Source of the DNA: Monocercomonoides exilis PA203
Lineage: Eukaryota > Protista > Preaxostyla
Direction of reading: 5' to 3'
Assembly (NCBI GenBank): GCA_001643675.2
Contig: LSRY02000019.1
Location: 1,240,001-1,304,000 of the forward strand
Length of the DNA: 64,000 bases
The notes beneath the pieces are model-generated. The model did not search any database. It saw only the letters and a program-made list of their open reading frames with translations, and was not told where the DNA came from. The position numbers were made by a program, and so were the translations under genes. Every line of letters begins with the position of its first letter. Position 1 is the first letter of the stretch. Shown here in pieces: positions 1 through 13,621 of this stretch.

Positions 1-3000
1 GAACAGAAAGATAATTCTCCTTTTGTCAATGTCAATTTCTTTTCCGTTTTCACAATTAAAAATTGCAAAATATTGAGCTCTTCCACATCTTTAACTTGTT
101 CAACCAACACTTTCACGTCGATAGTAAATAGCACACGCATTAAACATTCGAACAAACAAATATCTCATTGTTTTGCATTTTGCTGTTCTTCAGATATTGA
201 AATTTCATTTTTGAATTCAGTTTTCACTAACTTTGAGATTTTTGAGAATAATAGCTTTCTTTGTAATGGAATTGGCAGGTCAGTTTATATTGAGAAATGT
301 TTTTTCTGCAACATCACACAAAAATTCAAAACTTTTTCGGACAGTCCATTCAATTCATTTAAAAACAGTGAAGTTTCACATTGCGTTTTTGCTTATTCTT
401 CAAATGTTTTGGAAGGTGGTATAACTTTTGGAATGGAACAAGCTCAAACATTCATATGCTGTAATTCATCTTTTTCCTCTAATTACAGATCTAGCAATCC
501 TTTTGAAAAACAAAATAGTTCACAAGCAACTTCTTCACAGAATTTCAGTTCTTGCGAATGGTCCGACTGCAACGCTGATTGTGGCGGGGCGTTGTATATT
601 CATGATAACTCTTCAGCAACACTGTATGTTTCAAACTCTTCATTTACCAGGTGCAACGCAACAAACTCAAAAGGAGGTGCGATCTTCGCATTTAAAATTG
701 CAGTTTGTTCAGTGATTAATTCATCATTTAAAGAATGTTACTGCGTGGCATCTACCGATTATGGAGGAGCTGGTGTTGAATGCGAAGGACTCTGCGAACA
801 ACCATATGTTGAAAATTGTACTTTTTCTGATGGATGGTCAGGAAATGATGGTGGCGCATTACACATTATGACATGCAATGCACAAACAAAAGATTGCATA
901 ATGGATTGCACATTCATTAACAACAGTTGCCATTCTTTAATAAACAGCGATGGAGGCGAAATTGTTCTTTGGAATTCGATTGATTTGATTGTCATGCATA
1001 ACTGTCTCATCACAAATGGGTATTCAGCAAAATACGGAGGAGGAGTCTCGACTTATGCAAAGAATGACAACTCTGAATTGATTTTCTATTTTTGCTTTTT
1101 TCACAATAACACTGCCCAATTACTCGGACACGATATTTGCATTGATGGTAGTACACGGAATCGAGTTGACACATCATGCAGAACAACTCAAAACAAAGTT
1201 AATAGAGTTGCATTTCGCTCGGGGCAAGATAAAAGTGATTTCCTTTCGTATGAATTTGATCCAATAAGATTTGTTGCTTCTTCAGTTTCACATCCAAATG
1301 CAAAAGATTCATACGGTTGTGGATTATCTGAAGAATACGCATGTGAATCGATTAGCTTTTGTTTAATGCAGCTAATTCCTGAAGTTGTCACAGAAATTAC
1401 AGTTATTGGAGGAATCATTAGAGAATCATATTCAATTGATGTTCATGATAAACATTTCAATTTGAGAGGAACTTTTGAAAGTGATGCTGAAATACAACCT
1501 TCATTTACTAAACAAGAAACATCTCTTTTCAGTGTGTCTTCTGGAACGCTTGATGTGTATCAAATAAGAGTGACTTACAATTCATTAACAAAATATAATC
1601 GAGAATCAAGAATCTGCTGCATTTGTGGCTCAGGATCCATCAACCTCAAAAATATAAACTTGACAACTGATGATTTGCATTCTGCTGACACATTTTTTAA
1701 AACAGAAATGATAACAGTTGTTGAAGGTTCATTAACAATGGTCAATGTTGAATGGATTCGCTTTTTTTCATCAACGTCATTATTTCATTTACCACAAACT
1801 TCTAGTTTTTATTTATCTATGAATCAAACAAATATAAAAAATATCAATCGAATATCTCAAGGAGCAGCGCTTTTCGAATCTCAATTCATAAATGGAAATA
1901 TTGTTCAAACGCAATGTTGCATTGAAAGATGCGGAAGTGAATCTTCTCTTGATGGTGGAGCCGTTTGCCTTTCACTGGGCAGTGAATGCATTCTTGCCAT
2001 TGAAAAAGGATCAATTCAGAATTGCTTTGCATCTTCCACAGTTGGAAAAGGTGGCGGTTGTTTTTTGAACTTAGCAAACATGCAAGCTGAATTTTTTCTA
2101 TCTGTCTCATTCAATAAAAATTCTGCCAGATTGGGAAACGACTTGTTTATCCAATCCTCGAACCTCCGTAAATCAATTTCTAACGAAACACTTCCATTTG
2201 CCTATGTACTGGGGCACAGCTCCTTCGACAGTTTGCAAGGGTTCACTGGGACTGACCATGAGCATTCAATTCCGTTGGTTTTGTTTTTGGAGGATGTTGG
2301 GCAAACAATCCATGTTAGGAGCAATGACGGTGTTGATACTGTGGTGTGTGGATTCTCGGATTATCCGTGCCACTCGCTCAATTACTGTGTGGAGAGGTTG
2401 GACGAAGAAAACGCAAAGGCAGTAGCTGTTCTTGCCTCAGCAACAATTGAAAACGAAACGACATTGCATAATTTGGATTTGAAATCATCAAACACTTCAA
2501 AAGCCGAAATCACTTGCATCAAGTCGCTGCAGGCCTCAACACGAAAAGTGATTGCTTCAACAGGGGATGTGTCCGTCGAATTGATCCACTTTTTGCTTCC
2601 TTCTTCATTTGATACTGAGATCGAAGCCTTGATATTCTTGTCTTCTGAAGGCATGCTGACAATGAAATCTTGCTCATTCGGAATGCAACAAGGCGAGCTT
2701 GGCCAGATGGGTTACTGGTTGTTTCAGATTTGTGGAGGAATACTAAATATCTACAGCTGCACCTTAAGTTCAGACTGCCTTCAGCACGCGCCCATAGCCG
2801 TGTGTGAGAGCGACACGAGCACTCAAGCAACAATCATTTCATTGAATGTGAAGAACACAGATATCGGCAATCATCCTCTTATCCATGCGATTCCATCATC
2901 AGCAGCAAAACTCCTGAATGGTGCCACAACGAGCAGTGGGATCATATCTCTTGTTTTATGTTCTTTTGAAGGGATGGTCCATGCAAATGCAAACAGTGCA

Positions 3001-6000
3001 GTGCTGTTTTCATCCCATATTTCAAGCTGTGTTGAGTGCTCCCATTGGAATGTCACGAATGTCAAAAGCACTCAGAGCATCGAGGGAGGCGCGATGAAAG
3101 TTGTTGTTGAAGCTCAAGGGCAATTTACGATGGAAAACGCAACATTCACAAAATGCTGCGCTGAATGTGAAACGGCTGGAAAAGGAGGAGGCATCTATTT
3201 TGACTGTTCGGCTTCCAATGCATTCTCCTTCCAGCAGATGGCCTTTGATCAGTGCTCTGCAAAACACGGGGAAAACATGTTCTTTCTTTCATCAGACCTA
3301 AATGTTTCCATCACAAACCAGTCTTTAGCGCTTGAAGTGAGTGAGACAACAGATGATACAAATCTGTTCATCGGAAGCGACTCCACAAAAGCAAACTTCG
3401 ATCTGTGCAGATTTCTGATTGGATTTTCTTCTCAAGAAATCTATCTCAGCAAGAACAGCGGCTGGGATGTTCTTCGCTGCGGGAGCAAGAGCGAGCCATG
3501 CGCAACAATGCAGTATGGCCAGAAGCATTTCTGTGCTTCAGATAATCCAGCACAAGCAAACATGAGTATTTTCCTCGTCGTCGATGAAGTTCAAGTGGAT
3601 TGCGAAGTCGACATTTCAAACAATACTCTGACCTCTTCCGATATTGACTCTCACTCTGCTCTGATATTTGCAGCAGCCATTTCACCACAGCCAGGAAAGC
3701 AGCAACATACTGACTCTGTGCTGGCAAACACTGGCGCATGCTCCCTCTTGAGCATCGATATCTGTTGTGATCATGGCTCGGGATGGAGCCAAACATGTTT
3801 GATAAGCACTGCTGCTGGAGCTTTCTCTGCTCAAAGTTGCTTGTTTACCAGCACCTCTGGAACAGCGATTCCTTATTGTGTCGTTGCCTGCTTTTCTGGT
3901 ACTTGTGAATTGTCGCTTTGCTCATTTCAGTCCATCAAATGCGAAGGTCACATCTTCATTGCATCGTGCGGAAGCAGTTCTATCCTATCAAATGTCTCTA
4001 CGGGTAATGTTGAACTCATGGGCAAAAGCATTGTGGAAGTGTTGCCGCAAGTGATGCCACCAGCAATGACACAGGAAATCAACGAAGACATTTGCCCAAC
4101 AGTGCAACTCAAATACTGCACCCTTCACTCGCTTCTTCAAAGCACTCCTTTTGAACCCTCCATCATCAGCTCCTCTGGCAGCCAGCCTTTTAGCGTGTCT
4201 GCCCAAAACACGTCCATAAAGAACTGTGGAAGCAGCCAAAGTGAGAGCGGTGGATGCATAACCATGAGGTTAGATGAAGAAGCATTATTTCGCTGCACTT
4301 TATCCACAATCTCGGAGTGCTTCTGCTCAGCGACTGGAAGGGGAGGTGCAATATTTCTGGATTGCTCATCAATTGCAAGCGATAGCTCGCTGCCTTTCCT
4401 CTTCAAAAATATCACATTCTTGGAGAACAAGGCGTTCAGAGGAAGAGACATATATGTGAGATGCTCCAATGTGGAATCCCAAATAAGGAGCGAGCTATTC
4501 CAGCTCGACTTCAGGCCACCATACAACCAGGAGCTCGCCATTTGGGGATGCACTGCACAAAACTATGCTGACGAGCAAGATCTCTTGCTCCTCGTGATTG
4601 TGTATCAGAGTGAGACAATATTTGCTTCTTCTTCAGCCGACAACACCTCAGATTCACGCCAGTGCGGAGCTATCAATGCGCCCTGCTCTTCCTTGAATGT
4701 TGCATTGTCTCACATCATTCCTTCTGTTTACAGCAACTTGCTCGTTGACGAGATTTCTCTGGTCTCTGGAGAAGCAAGCATCCATGATGTCTCGATCAAG
4801 TCGCTGGAACAGGAAAGAGACAGAGGGACAATCCTCCTGAACAGGAGCATTGAGAGCAGGATGAACAGCCTTCTCACGTGTGCATCCAGAGTGAAAATCG
4901 AATTTCTGAAATTCATGTTCGGAGGCGCGTTTTCTTCTCCATATTCCAGCTTATTATCCCTGACTGATGGCAGCTTGTCAATTACAGATGCACTCTTCTC
5001 CCAAGATGTTTCGAATGATTATCCTGAAAAGAGGTTGAATTGCTCTATCATTCTCGTGGAGAATGGCAGGCTGCTGATCAACGAATGCACTTTTGCTTCC
5101 CTCCATTTTGGTTCTCCATGCGTAGCAGCAAAAGGGGGACAATATTGCTCATTTATGAACTTGAACATTTCTGATGTGAATTCTGATATCTTGTTTGATT
5201 TCCGCAATCTGGTGAACCTCTCCATGCTGCAGGTGCTTATTTCCAGTTGTGAACTTGAACAATCCGCTCTGATCCTTCACAACTGCAAAGATTCCCAGCT
5301 CCAAAAAATTCAAGTCAGAAATGTTGAGAGCAAAACAAGCTTGATTGTGTTTTCCTCAGACGGTTTTGGTGCTTGCTTGAACATCCAGTGCTATCATTCC
5401 GAATTTGATGCCATATCCGTGCTGTCTGGCTCCTTGCTTTCCATCGAATGCCAAGATGCAAATGTCGAGATGAACAATCTGTCATCGACAAAAACAGTGT
5501 TGACAAATGGTTGTGCTGTGAACCTTGTATATGCAAATTCCTCATTAAGTATCAGGCAATCATCGTTTCAAAACATATCCAGAGATTCAATGGGCCCATG
5601 CTGCATGGCTGCTTCACTTTCATCACCATCGCTCGAATTGGAGAACTGCTCATTCAGAAAATGCGTCTCTCCCTCAGATAAAGGGAGCATCTCTGCTTTA
5701 TCTGGCCAATCCAATGCAAGCATAACTTCGTGTGCATTTGATGGAGAAACTGACCTGCAACAACTCAGATCCAATGCAGATTCATTCAAAGATTTGTGCA
5801 AGTGGAATGGCTCCATGATCGATCTTCTCAATTGCTCGGGAGCAATAAAAGACACCACAATCGCCAATTCGTCCAAGGGAGGACTGTCGATCTCTGGCGG
5901 AAACATTTCTATTCAGTTTGGGATGTTTTCTGGCAACAATCCAAACGCTGCTGGATACCCATCCATCAGAAACAACGTTATCTGCTCACACAACGCACTC

Positions 6001-7859
6001 CTGAACATCATCAGCCTCAAGGGAGGAGATGGCTTTCTCCCCAACACCTCAATGTGGATTGCAGGAGACGATTGCACGCTTGCAGGCTTGGCCTCAGAAA
6101 GGCTTTCCCCATTCTTCATCCCACAGCTGCACTCAGTTAACTCACATATCCAAGGCGATGCACTTTCTCTGGATCTCATCGGCTCTTTACTCCTCCCCTG
6201 CCACCTGCTCCTCCAGATTGATTCCATCGACGGCTCCCTCCATCAACTCAAGACATATCCGCTGCAAGCAGAACTCTTTGAAAATGAAACACAAATCCAT
6301 GCAGTCATCCCAGCCTCAATCGTGACTTCGGTACCTGACACCACAGAAGTGGCTGTAAGCATCCTGTTTGGAAGCCTAAATGCTACAGCATCTACAGCAC
6401 AATTTCTTTTGAAGAACAGGAGCGAGATTGCGCAAAAGAAGATGAAAGAATCGTTGAAAAAGGAAAAGAAGGAAAAACACTTTGGCCAATAATAGTTATT
6501 GTAATGGCGATAATTCTTTTAATTGTTCTTGCTGTTTCAATTGTTCTGGCCATTCGGTGGAGAAAGGTGAAGAATGAAGCAGAAGATCTGAGAGAGATTG
6601 TGAATGACAACATCAGAAAGGATCCAAAAGCGTTTGAGATGGTGACGATGGAGATGTCACCAGAGGAGCAGTGGAGGAGAGCAGAGAGGGAGGCTGAGAA
6701 GAAGAACGAAGAGAGGATCAAGAAGAGAGTATATGCGAAAAGCTTGGGGCATTCTGAATCATCAGAGCATTTATTGAGTGAAAGTGGATCAACCGAATAC
6801 ATTCTGGGGAGAGACTCAGACAAGATCCCTCAATGGGCACTGGAGAAGGTTGAAGAAGAGACAAGAAAGCGAACACCTTCTCCATCCATTTCATCCACCT
6901 CAACAACAGACACTTCAGACACAGATTCAACATTTGTTCGAGGGGAGGATCTGTGTCCCACAACATCATCCATGTCGAATCTGGTGGATGCAATGGCATG
7001 TTCGTCTCCCCATGAGAAGCTGATTGTGGACTTGAGGGATTCGCTGTTCATGCTGCTGCATGGAAGAAATGAGAAGAAAGAGATGGCGATTGACACTCTG
7101 CAAGAAAGAGAGATGACAGCTGCCCAAATCCTGTTCTGGGCGGCTAATCTTGCGCTTCACTCCTTTGAAGACGAAGAAAATGAACTCTCTTCGCTGGCCA
7201 ATCTCAGCCCTCACATTGTTCTCTTCTCTGAGCACATGGTCATCTGCATTGCACTTCATTCCGATTGCTCTTCTTCAGACTCAGATTCTTCATCCATCTC
7301 TTCATCAACCGTTGTCACATCAACATCTGATTGCTCCACTGTGAACAGAAATGGGAAAGACTCGCCACCGCCATCATCAGCATTTGAGGATGAGGATGAC
7401 AATAGAAAAGAGTGTATGAGGTGGAAGGCACCTGAGATGCTGATCAACAAAAAGATGGGAGCAACAAAGGAATCAGTTGTGTTCTCGATTGGGATAATGC
7501 TGTGGGAGTGTCTGACGCTGGAGATCCTGTTTGGAGAGTATGAGGCAGAGGTGGCGGGGCAGAAGATTGTGAATGGGGAGAGGCCAAATATCGACAGGAT
7601 CTGCAGTTCGTCTTTTGCCAGCGTGGCAAAGGAATGCTGGTCGCGTGCACCTGGAGACAGACCATCGCTCGAAAGCCTCAAGAGGATCTTCATTCAGCAC
7701 TTCCCTGCAGGCGCTGTCATGCTCACAATGTCTGATGCTGTCGACTTCGAGCCTGACACAGATTATGGATATCGTGGCAGCTTCCTTCCCCAATCTGCCA
7801 CTGCTTCATCAAATGCAACAGCAACAACAACACACAGAAACACACAACACAATTGCTAA
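1..7859 (+). CDS. Giant Cys-rich surface receptor-like protein (beta-helix/Pmp-like ectodomain, TM segment, degenerate kinase C-lobe); 5' end outside the window; -1 frameshift at ~6434-6437 in this sequence
   Basis: Frame 1 is open from base 1 to 6492, with repeated GGAI/GGGI, FxxC/FxxN and CG-x4-PC motifs. ORF 6504-7859 supplies the rest of the TM segment and the RWKAPE..VFSIGIMLWE kinase subdomains VIII-XI. The intact paralogue at 17648-25933 has CAAAAAGAAG where this copy has CAAAAGAAG. Confidence 0.8.
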
Positions 7860-10189
7860 GCAAGCATGCTCCTAATGATTCATCGATTCAGTAACACTCA
7901 TGAGCCTTGCTAACAGGAAAATGCTTATTTTCTGTTGTTCGCTCATAGGATTCAAAATGATACAATTCCCAAGAATGTTTCAAATCAAGTCTTTGAAGAG
8001 ATTGAAACTACAAATTCGCCAAAACATAGCCAGATATATAGTAGTATCAGGTCATTCATCTTTCAGTGCATTCCATTGGGTATTTGAATGATCAGCAGCA
8101 ATCTGCAGGTGCAAATCAACAGCTTTTGTTTTGAAAAATGAAGTTGATAGTTAAAAACGAAGCGCTGTCAGAACACTTCCAATCAAAAAAGAAGGAAAGT
8201 CATGCATATGAATGAAACGATCACAATTATTGTGAAAGAAAAGTCAATTCTGAAACAGGTGAAAAAAACCGTTGAAAATTCTGTTGTTGCAGCCGAGATG
8301 CTGCACGCCAGTTGTTGGAATATCCTCGATTCATTTGTTGTGTTTTGTTGAAAGTTTCATCGCTATTATAATAATTATTATTATTTTCGAATTATTTTTC
8401 TTTTGAGTATTTTTTGATGTTGGGCATCGAGTTGCTTGCTGCTCCATCTCATCAACTTGCTGGACTCTTTGCTCAATTTCCAATTCAGATCAATTTATAA
8501 ATTAAACTTTCTGCAGTATGCCTATCAAATTTGTCTTTATCTCTTGATTCAACAATCCATTTAACCGCTTTGCTTCTTCTTCAAATGGCCGCAATCCACA
8601 ATTTCATTGACCTCTCAAAACTTCCCTTCAATTTTTCTTTTCCCATTATATGTCTTTCTTTTATTTTGGCTTTTTCTTCCAATAAGCAGCCGAAAGCACC
8701 TCCCCTTCTCGATCTCAGTCGTGCCATCGCAAAATCTCTGGCCAATTGCTTTCGAACTGTTAGAAATTAAAATGAAGGCTGCTGTCCAATGAGGCACATA
8801 CGTTGCAAAAGGTTTCCATTTTTATTTATTTTTGAATAAAAAGAAGAGGCGAGGCAGCATTGAAATGATTAAAAAAGAATTTCTATTCTTGGCATGATAA
8901 GTTTCATTTGCTTTTGTTCCTGAGTAACGCTTTCAAATCAAAAATCCAAACTCAAACAAGAAGATACTCCAGCCTGATTTCGGCATTAATATCACCGCTG
9001 GTCTTTCATTTTATTTTTCTCTCTTTCGGAACTCCTCCCATTGGATGTTTTTTTCCCCCTGCTTTCTTCAAGTATTTTTTTTTCCTCTTCAAGATCGAAG
9101 GAGCTGAAATGCTTCTGTATCTTGCACTGGTTTCACAAATAATCCAGGATTGCACGCCCTTGAACTGCTTATCATATTTCCCGCAAAACGCAGCATATTC
9201 TCTCGCGTCATGAATCAGCTTTGAACTACAGCCATCCTTCAAATCATCTTATCCGTTCCAATAAAAAATTATAATCGTGAAGTTCGCTCGCACCTTCTGT
9301 GATTTCTAGCTCATTCAAAAGTTGTATTTCTCTGAAAAATGCAATTTCTGCTGCCATTTTGATCTGAGTTTGGCATTCTAATGGTGATCCATTGACTCTG
9401 ATGTGGCAGATCAAAGCAAAAGAACGACTGCTTCCACACATATTATTTGTGTTGTTTTTGTGCAAATGACAAGATGTTGTAGCATTGGCAACCAATTTGG
9501 TAACTTCGTTAAGTCTTGGCAAAGCCTTCTTCTTACATAAGTTTTTTCTGTTAAAATACAATTTATTCATTCATTCTGCCTTCTACTCCGGTTCGATTGC
9601 CAAATAGAAAAAATTGTGCTTGAAATATGAAAAGGATTCCAGAAAAAGAAAATATTTGACCGCCTTATGAGCACGACAACTCCAAGTTAAAGAACCAAAA
9701 CTGAAAATAATGAATAGTGGGTGACGAAGGAAGATAGAAATGTCAATCATGAAAAAACGAGCAGTGCAGCGTAAATAAAAATCAATGCTGTTCTCTAGGA
9801 CTTTTAAAACCGGGAATGCTTTGGATAAACCACAACGTTCAAAGTTATTTGCTTCAATTGAATCTTCGTCAGATAAGCCACTTATCCATTTGAAATGTGA
9901 TGGAAATGCACAATAAAAATTTAGTAGAAGATGTACTATATTTATAATGTGAAAGCTTGCCTTTTTACAAGAAAATGGACATTTATAATATGATCTCAAT
10001 GCCATTTTAAATTAAATTATATGAAAATTTAATTTTTCCAAAAACAATTTCAATTTTTTGTTACAGAATTGACATTTGAAAAAGAAATACTATTCAAATG
10101 TGCTTTCTGAGATTCTTGAAATTTATAAGCTCAAATCTGGGACGAAATTTTTTGTTTTTGAATTTTGTTCCACTTTTATATTTCTTATA

Positions 10190-12227
10190 GTGTAAGTTAT
10201 TTATCGGGACCTTTTTTTTATGAAAAAAATTTAATAAAATTTAAAATAACAAAAATGATGAATCCAATTTATTTATAACTTTTCTTTTTCATATTTTTCT
10301 ATTAATTTCATTTATTTCTTCCTTTTCATTTTCATGATCATCTTCTTTCACTTCAAATTTTCTCTTTATTTTTTCATTTCAACCAAAGACTCTAACTCAT
10401 TATCTTCTTTTTGCTCTGCTTTTTTCATTTCTTCTGAAAAATTCTTTTCATCATCAACTTTTTTTCTTTTTTAACTTTTTCTTCTTCTTTAATTCCTAAA
10501 TGTTCACTCCAATCACTCAGAAGCTTCTCATCAGTAATCTACTTGCCATAGAAGTTGAATCTATTTGAATGTGATAAAGGTTGATATTCTGATGTTTCTG
10601 GAAGCTTCATGAGAATCGGTCCAGATTCATTATGAAGAACTCCACTCGTTGCGAAGGATATTTTTATGACAGCAAGTGAGAGGGTGGTATGAATTGCTTG
10701 AGGGAGAACATCCACAAGAGATGTTCTTTTCGATGAAGATGTTGATGAAGATGGAGGTTCATATTTTGTTTGCAGTTCTGTTTTGAGAACAGCGAAGACT
10801 CCTCTATCAAGAGGCTGGGCGATATGTGTTCTGTGAGGAATGAAGGTGACGACGTCGATATTTTCTTTTTGAAATTCTCTCCAGATTGTCGGATCTGCGC
10901 GAGAAATGTGTGAGTCGATGAGGAACAAGCAGCGAGAGTTTTCCAGTGACATGCGCTTTCTGCCATCGATAATTCCTTGAAGGAGTGTTGTTAGTGCGTA
11001 CTTTTTGAATTGATTGCAGCCCATCCAACCACTTCCGTTCTGCCAGATATCCAGAGCCTGTGAAAGCAGCGGCTTCATTTCATCAGGAAGTCTCTTGCTA
11101 GGCCATAGAATCACAGAAGGAAGTGCAAATCCATCAGCGGCCACAGCAGCAACTTGAGTAGAATTCGCCATTTTTGGTGGTTCTTTGTGTAGTACTGGAT
11201 TTTCATTTTTAGGATGAACCACACTCAGCTTTGAAGTGGCTGGAACTCTCGTTAATGACTCATCCATATTGAATATTTGTTCTTTTTATCATATATATAT
11301 TCATGTGAATCGTCAAGCAATGAATACCTTGGCTGTAGAATACTTTGGCCCGACACCGAAAGGTTATAATCATCCAAATTTTTTGAGAGCGCTTCCTTTC
11401 AACTTTGGATAGCACTTCACAAATTAATTAGCCGTGAGCATTGAAACGTCAATGTATGGGGCGTATTCGTCGTCTGTATCATTTATCACATTTTCCATCT
11501 TAAATATTTATTAGAATTATTAATTATTTAAGAACAACAAACCAGTTCGCGAACTTTCCGTATAGGCAAACAGCTTCCAGATCTTGATTCAATGATAATT
11601 TCATCCAGTACAATTTGTTCTTTGTCTCCAATAACAAATTGTGGTCTTCCTACTTTTGAAACTAGCCTTTTGTTTCTAAGCGCCCGTTCAGCATTTTTAA
11701 TCCTTTTGTGTGAGAATTCCATGGAGTTTATAGCGTCTGTAATCCTGACAACTCCATCAACCACAATGCGCGCCATCCGTTCCAGCTGATTGTCAATCCT
11801 TCTGTAATCGAAAGATTTCATTGCAGCACGTAATTTCCTTTGTCTAGCAATTCTCTTTTGTTCCACAGCAATTTTCATTTTTTTATTATGGTTGTGATCT
11901 TAAGTCCAATTTATTAATTTATTAATTATAATATTCAATTTTCATTGAAATTAAATTTTTATTTCCATTTGATGCGAATTTTAAAAGGTTTAACACCTCT
12001 TGTTACCCACCTATTTATTTATTTTTTGCAATGGAAGGGATTAACCCCCCCCCCCCCCCTCCCCACCCATTGGAAATAGGCTTCGCATTCAAATGTAATT
12101 ATCCTAATTTTCAGAGTTTGCTTTAATACTGATAATGTTAATAAATAAATAAAAAGTGGGAATTTTAATTTTCTATTTCAAAAATTTGTGCACCGTTAAA
12201 AAAAAGGTTCCGATAAATTACTGACCC
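10190..12227 (-). mobile_element. Decayed pogo/Fot1-like (Tc1/mariner superfamily) DNA transposon, copy 1
   Basis: Imperfect ~30 bp TIRs (GTGTAAGTTATTTATCGGGACCTTTTTTTT / GGGTCAGTAATTTATCGGAACCTTTTTTTT, 4 mismatches), TA on both sides (10188-9, 12228-9) and an internal DDE_1 transposase. Confidence 0.88.
10539..11878 (-). pseudogene. DD35D (DDE_1 family) transposase pseudogene, mirror copy
   Basis: Peptides identical to those of 13622-14961. Confidence 0.88.
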
Positions 12228-12520
12228 TATTTCTCTCTATTTTTCACAATTTTCTTCTTATAATGCAAGAAAATGTTTGACAAAAATGATCTGATAGAGA
12301 AAAAAAGTGGAATAAATTAGAATTCTAATTACAAATTCAGCAAAATTATAATATTCATTTTTTGAAAAAAAATGCAAGGATTGATGCAAATCGTAATAAA
12401 TAATCATGAAAATATTGGAATAATTATTTATGTGCAATGTCAAATACTTTTTCATCTTTAAAATTAAAATTGAATAAGTTGTTTTTGTTTCAATTTTATT
12501 AAAGTTTTGTTTTTTCATTT

Positions 12521-12788
12521 GGGGGAAAATACTATCTTTCAAGCTTTGTATGCACAAAACATGAAAAAATTGTTTCACTTATAACATAATAAAACGTTAT
12601 CAGATTACAAAATAAATTTGATTTTCATATCTGTAAGGAAACATCATTAATATTATAACATTATGTTTCGTGACCTCACATGTATTTCAAAAAATAAGCC
12701 CATTTTCTTCAAATTATTTGATCACAAAAAGATCATCCAAGATGCATAATTTTTCAATGAAAATGCTTGAAGCCAAATATTTTGTCCC
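12521..12788. mobile_element. 268 bp MITE-like element, copy A, 4-bp TSD ATTT
   Basis: Ends GGGGGAAAATA...TATTTTGTCCC form an imperfect TIR extending ~30 bp and including TTCAAGC. ATTT lies at 12517-20 and 12789-92. Colinear with 12866-13133. Confidence 0.75.
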
Positions 12789-12865
12789 ATTTCATCATTA
12801 ATCTATCTATTATGTTATGTATTTCACGTTACTGATGATATTTAACTTGACTTTATTGAATTAAT

Positions 12866-13133
12866 GGGGGAAAATATAAACTTTCAAGCTTTTTATGCAC
12901 AAAGCATGAAATAATTGATTAACTTATAACATTTTTAAACGAACACAGATTTCAAAAACAATTTGATTTTCATATCTGTTAACAAACATCATTGATATAA
13001 TAACATTAAGTTTTGTGACATCAAACGTATTTTAAAAAACAAACACATTTATTTCAAAATTTTTGATCACAAAAAGCTTATCAAAATTGCATAATTCTTC
13101 AATGAAAATGCCTGAAGTCAAATATTTTGTCCC
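12866..13133. mobile_element. 268 bp MITE-like element, copy B, 4-bp TSD TAAT
   Basis: Same length and termini as copy A but diverged internally; TAAT at 12862-65 and 13134-37. Confidence 0.75.
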
Positions 13134-13421
13134 TAATAGGTTAATAATTTTTCATTAATAAAAAAGGTTCAAATTTTTTCCACTTTTTTTCTCTATCAGA
13201 TCATTTTTGTCAAACATTTTCTTGCATTATAAGAAGAAAATTGTGAAAAATAGAGAGAAATAGGGTCAGTAATTTATCGGAACCTTTTTTTTAACGGTGC
13301 ACAAATTTTTGAAATAGAAAATTAAAATTCCCACTTTTTATTTATTTATTAACATTATCAGTATTAAAGCAAACTCTGAAAATTAGGATAATTACATTTG
13401 AATGCGAAGCCTATTTCCAAT

Positions 13422-13455
13422 GGGTGGGGAGGGGGGGGGGGGGGGGGGGGGGGGG
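13422..13455 (+). repeat. G-rich tract (GGGTGGGGA then G25), G-quadruplex-capable; the mirror copy at 12045-12068 has C15
   Basis: Seen directly; lies in the 5' non-coding part of the transposon. Confidence 0.85.
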
Positions 13456-13621
13456 TTAATCCCTTCCATTGCAAAAAATAAATAAATAGGTGGGTAACAA
13501 GAGGTGTTAAACCTTTTAAAATTCGCATCAAATGGAAATAAAAATTTAATTTCAATGAAAATTGAATATTATAATTAATAAATTAATAAATTGGACTTAA
13601 GATCACAACCATAATAAAAAA

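Larger units (their letters stand above)
2171..12312. repeat. Left arm of large inverted duplication (10142 bp)
   Basis: Reverse complement of 13178-23337. The ORF track is mirrored with identical peptides. Coordinate sums drift from 25508 to 25490, and the differences I inspected are homopolymer length changes. Confidence 0.97.

Noticed and set aside
12258-12578. 106 aa minus-strand ORF in the spacer, and ORF 13364-13555 with poly-Pro
   Set aside because: Chance AT-rich ORFs that cross repeat boundaries or the poly-G tract.
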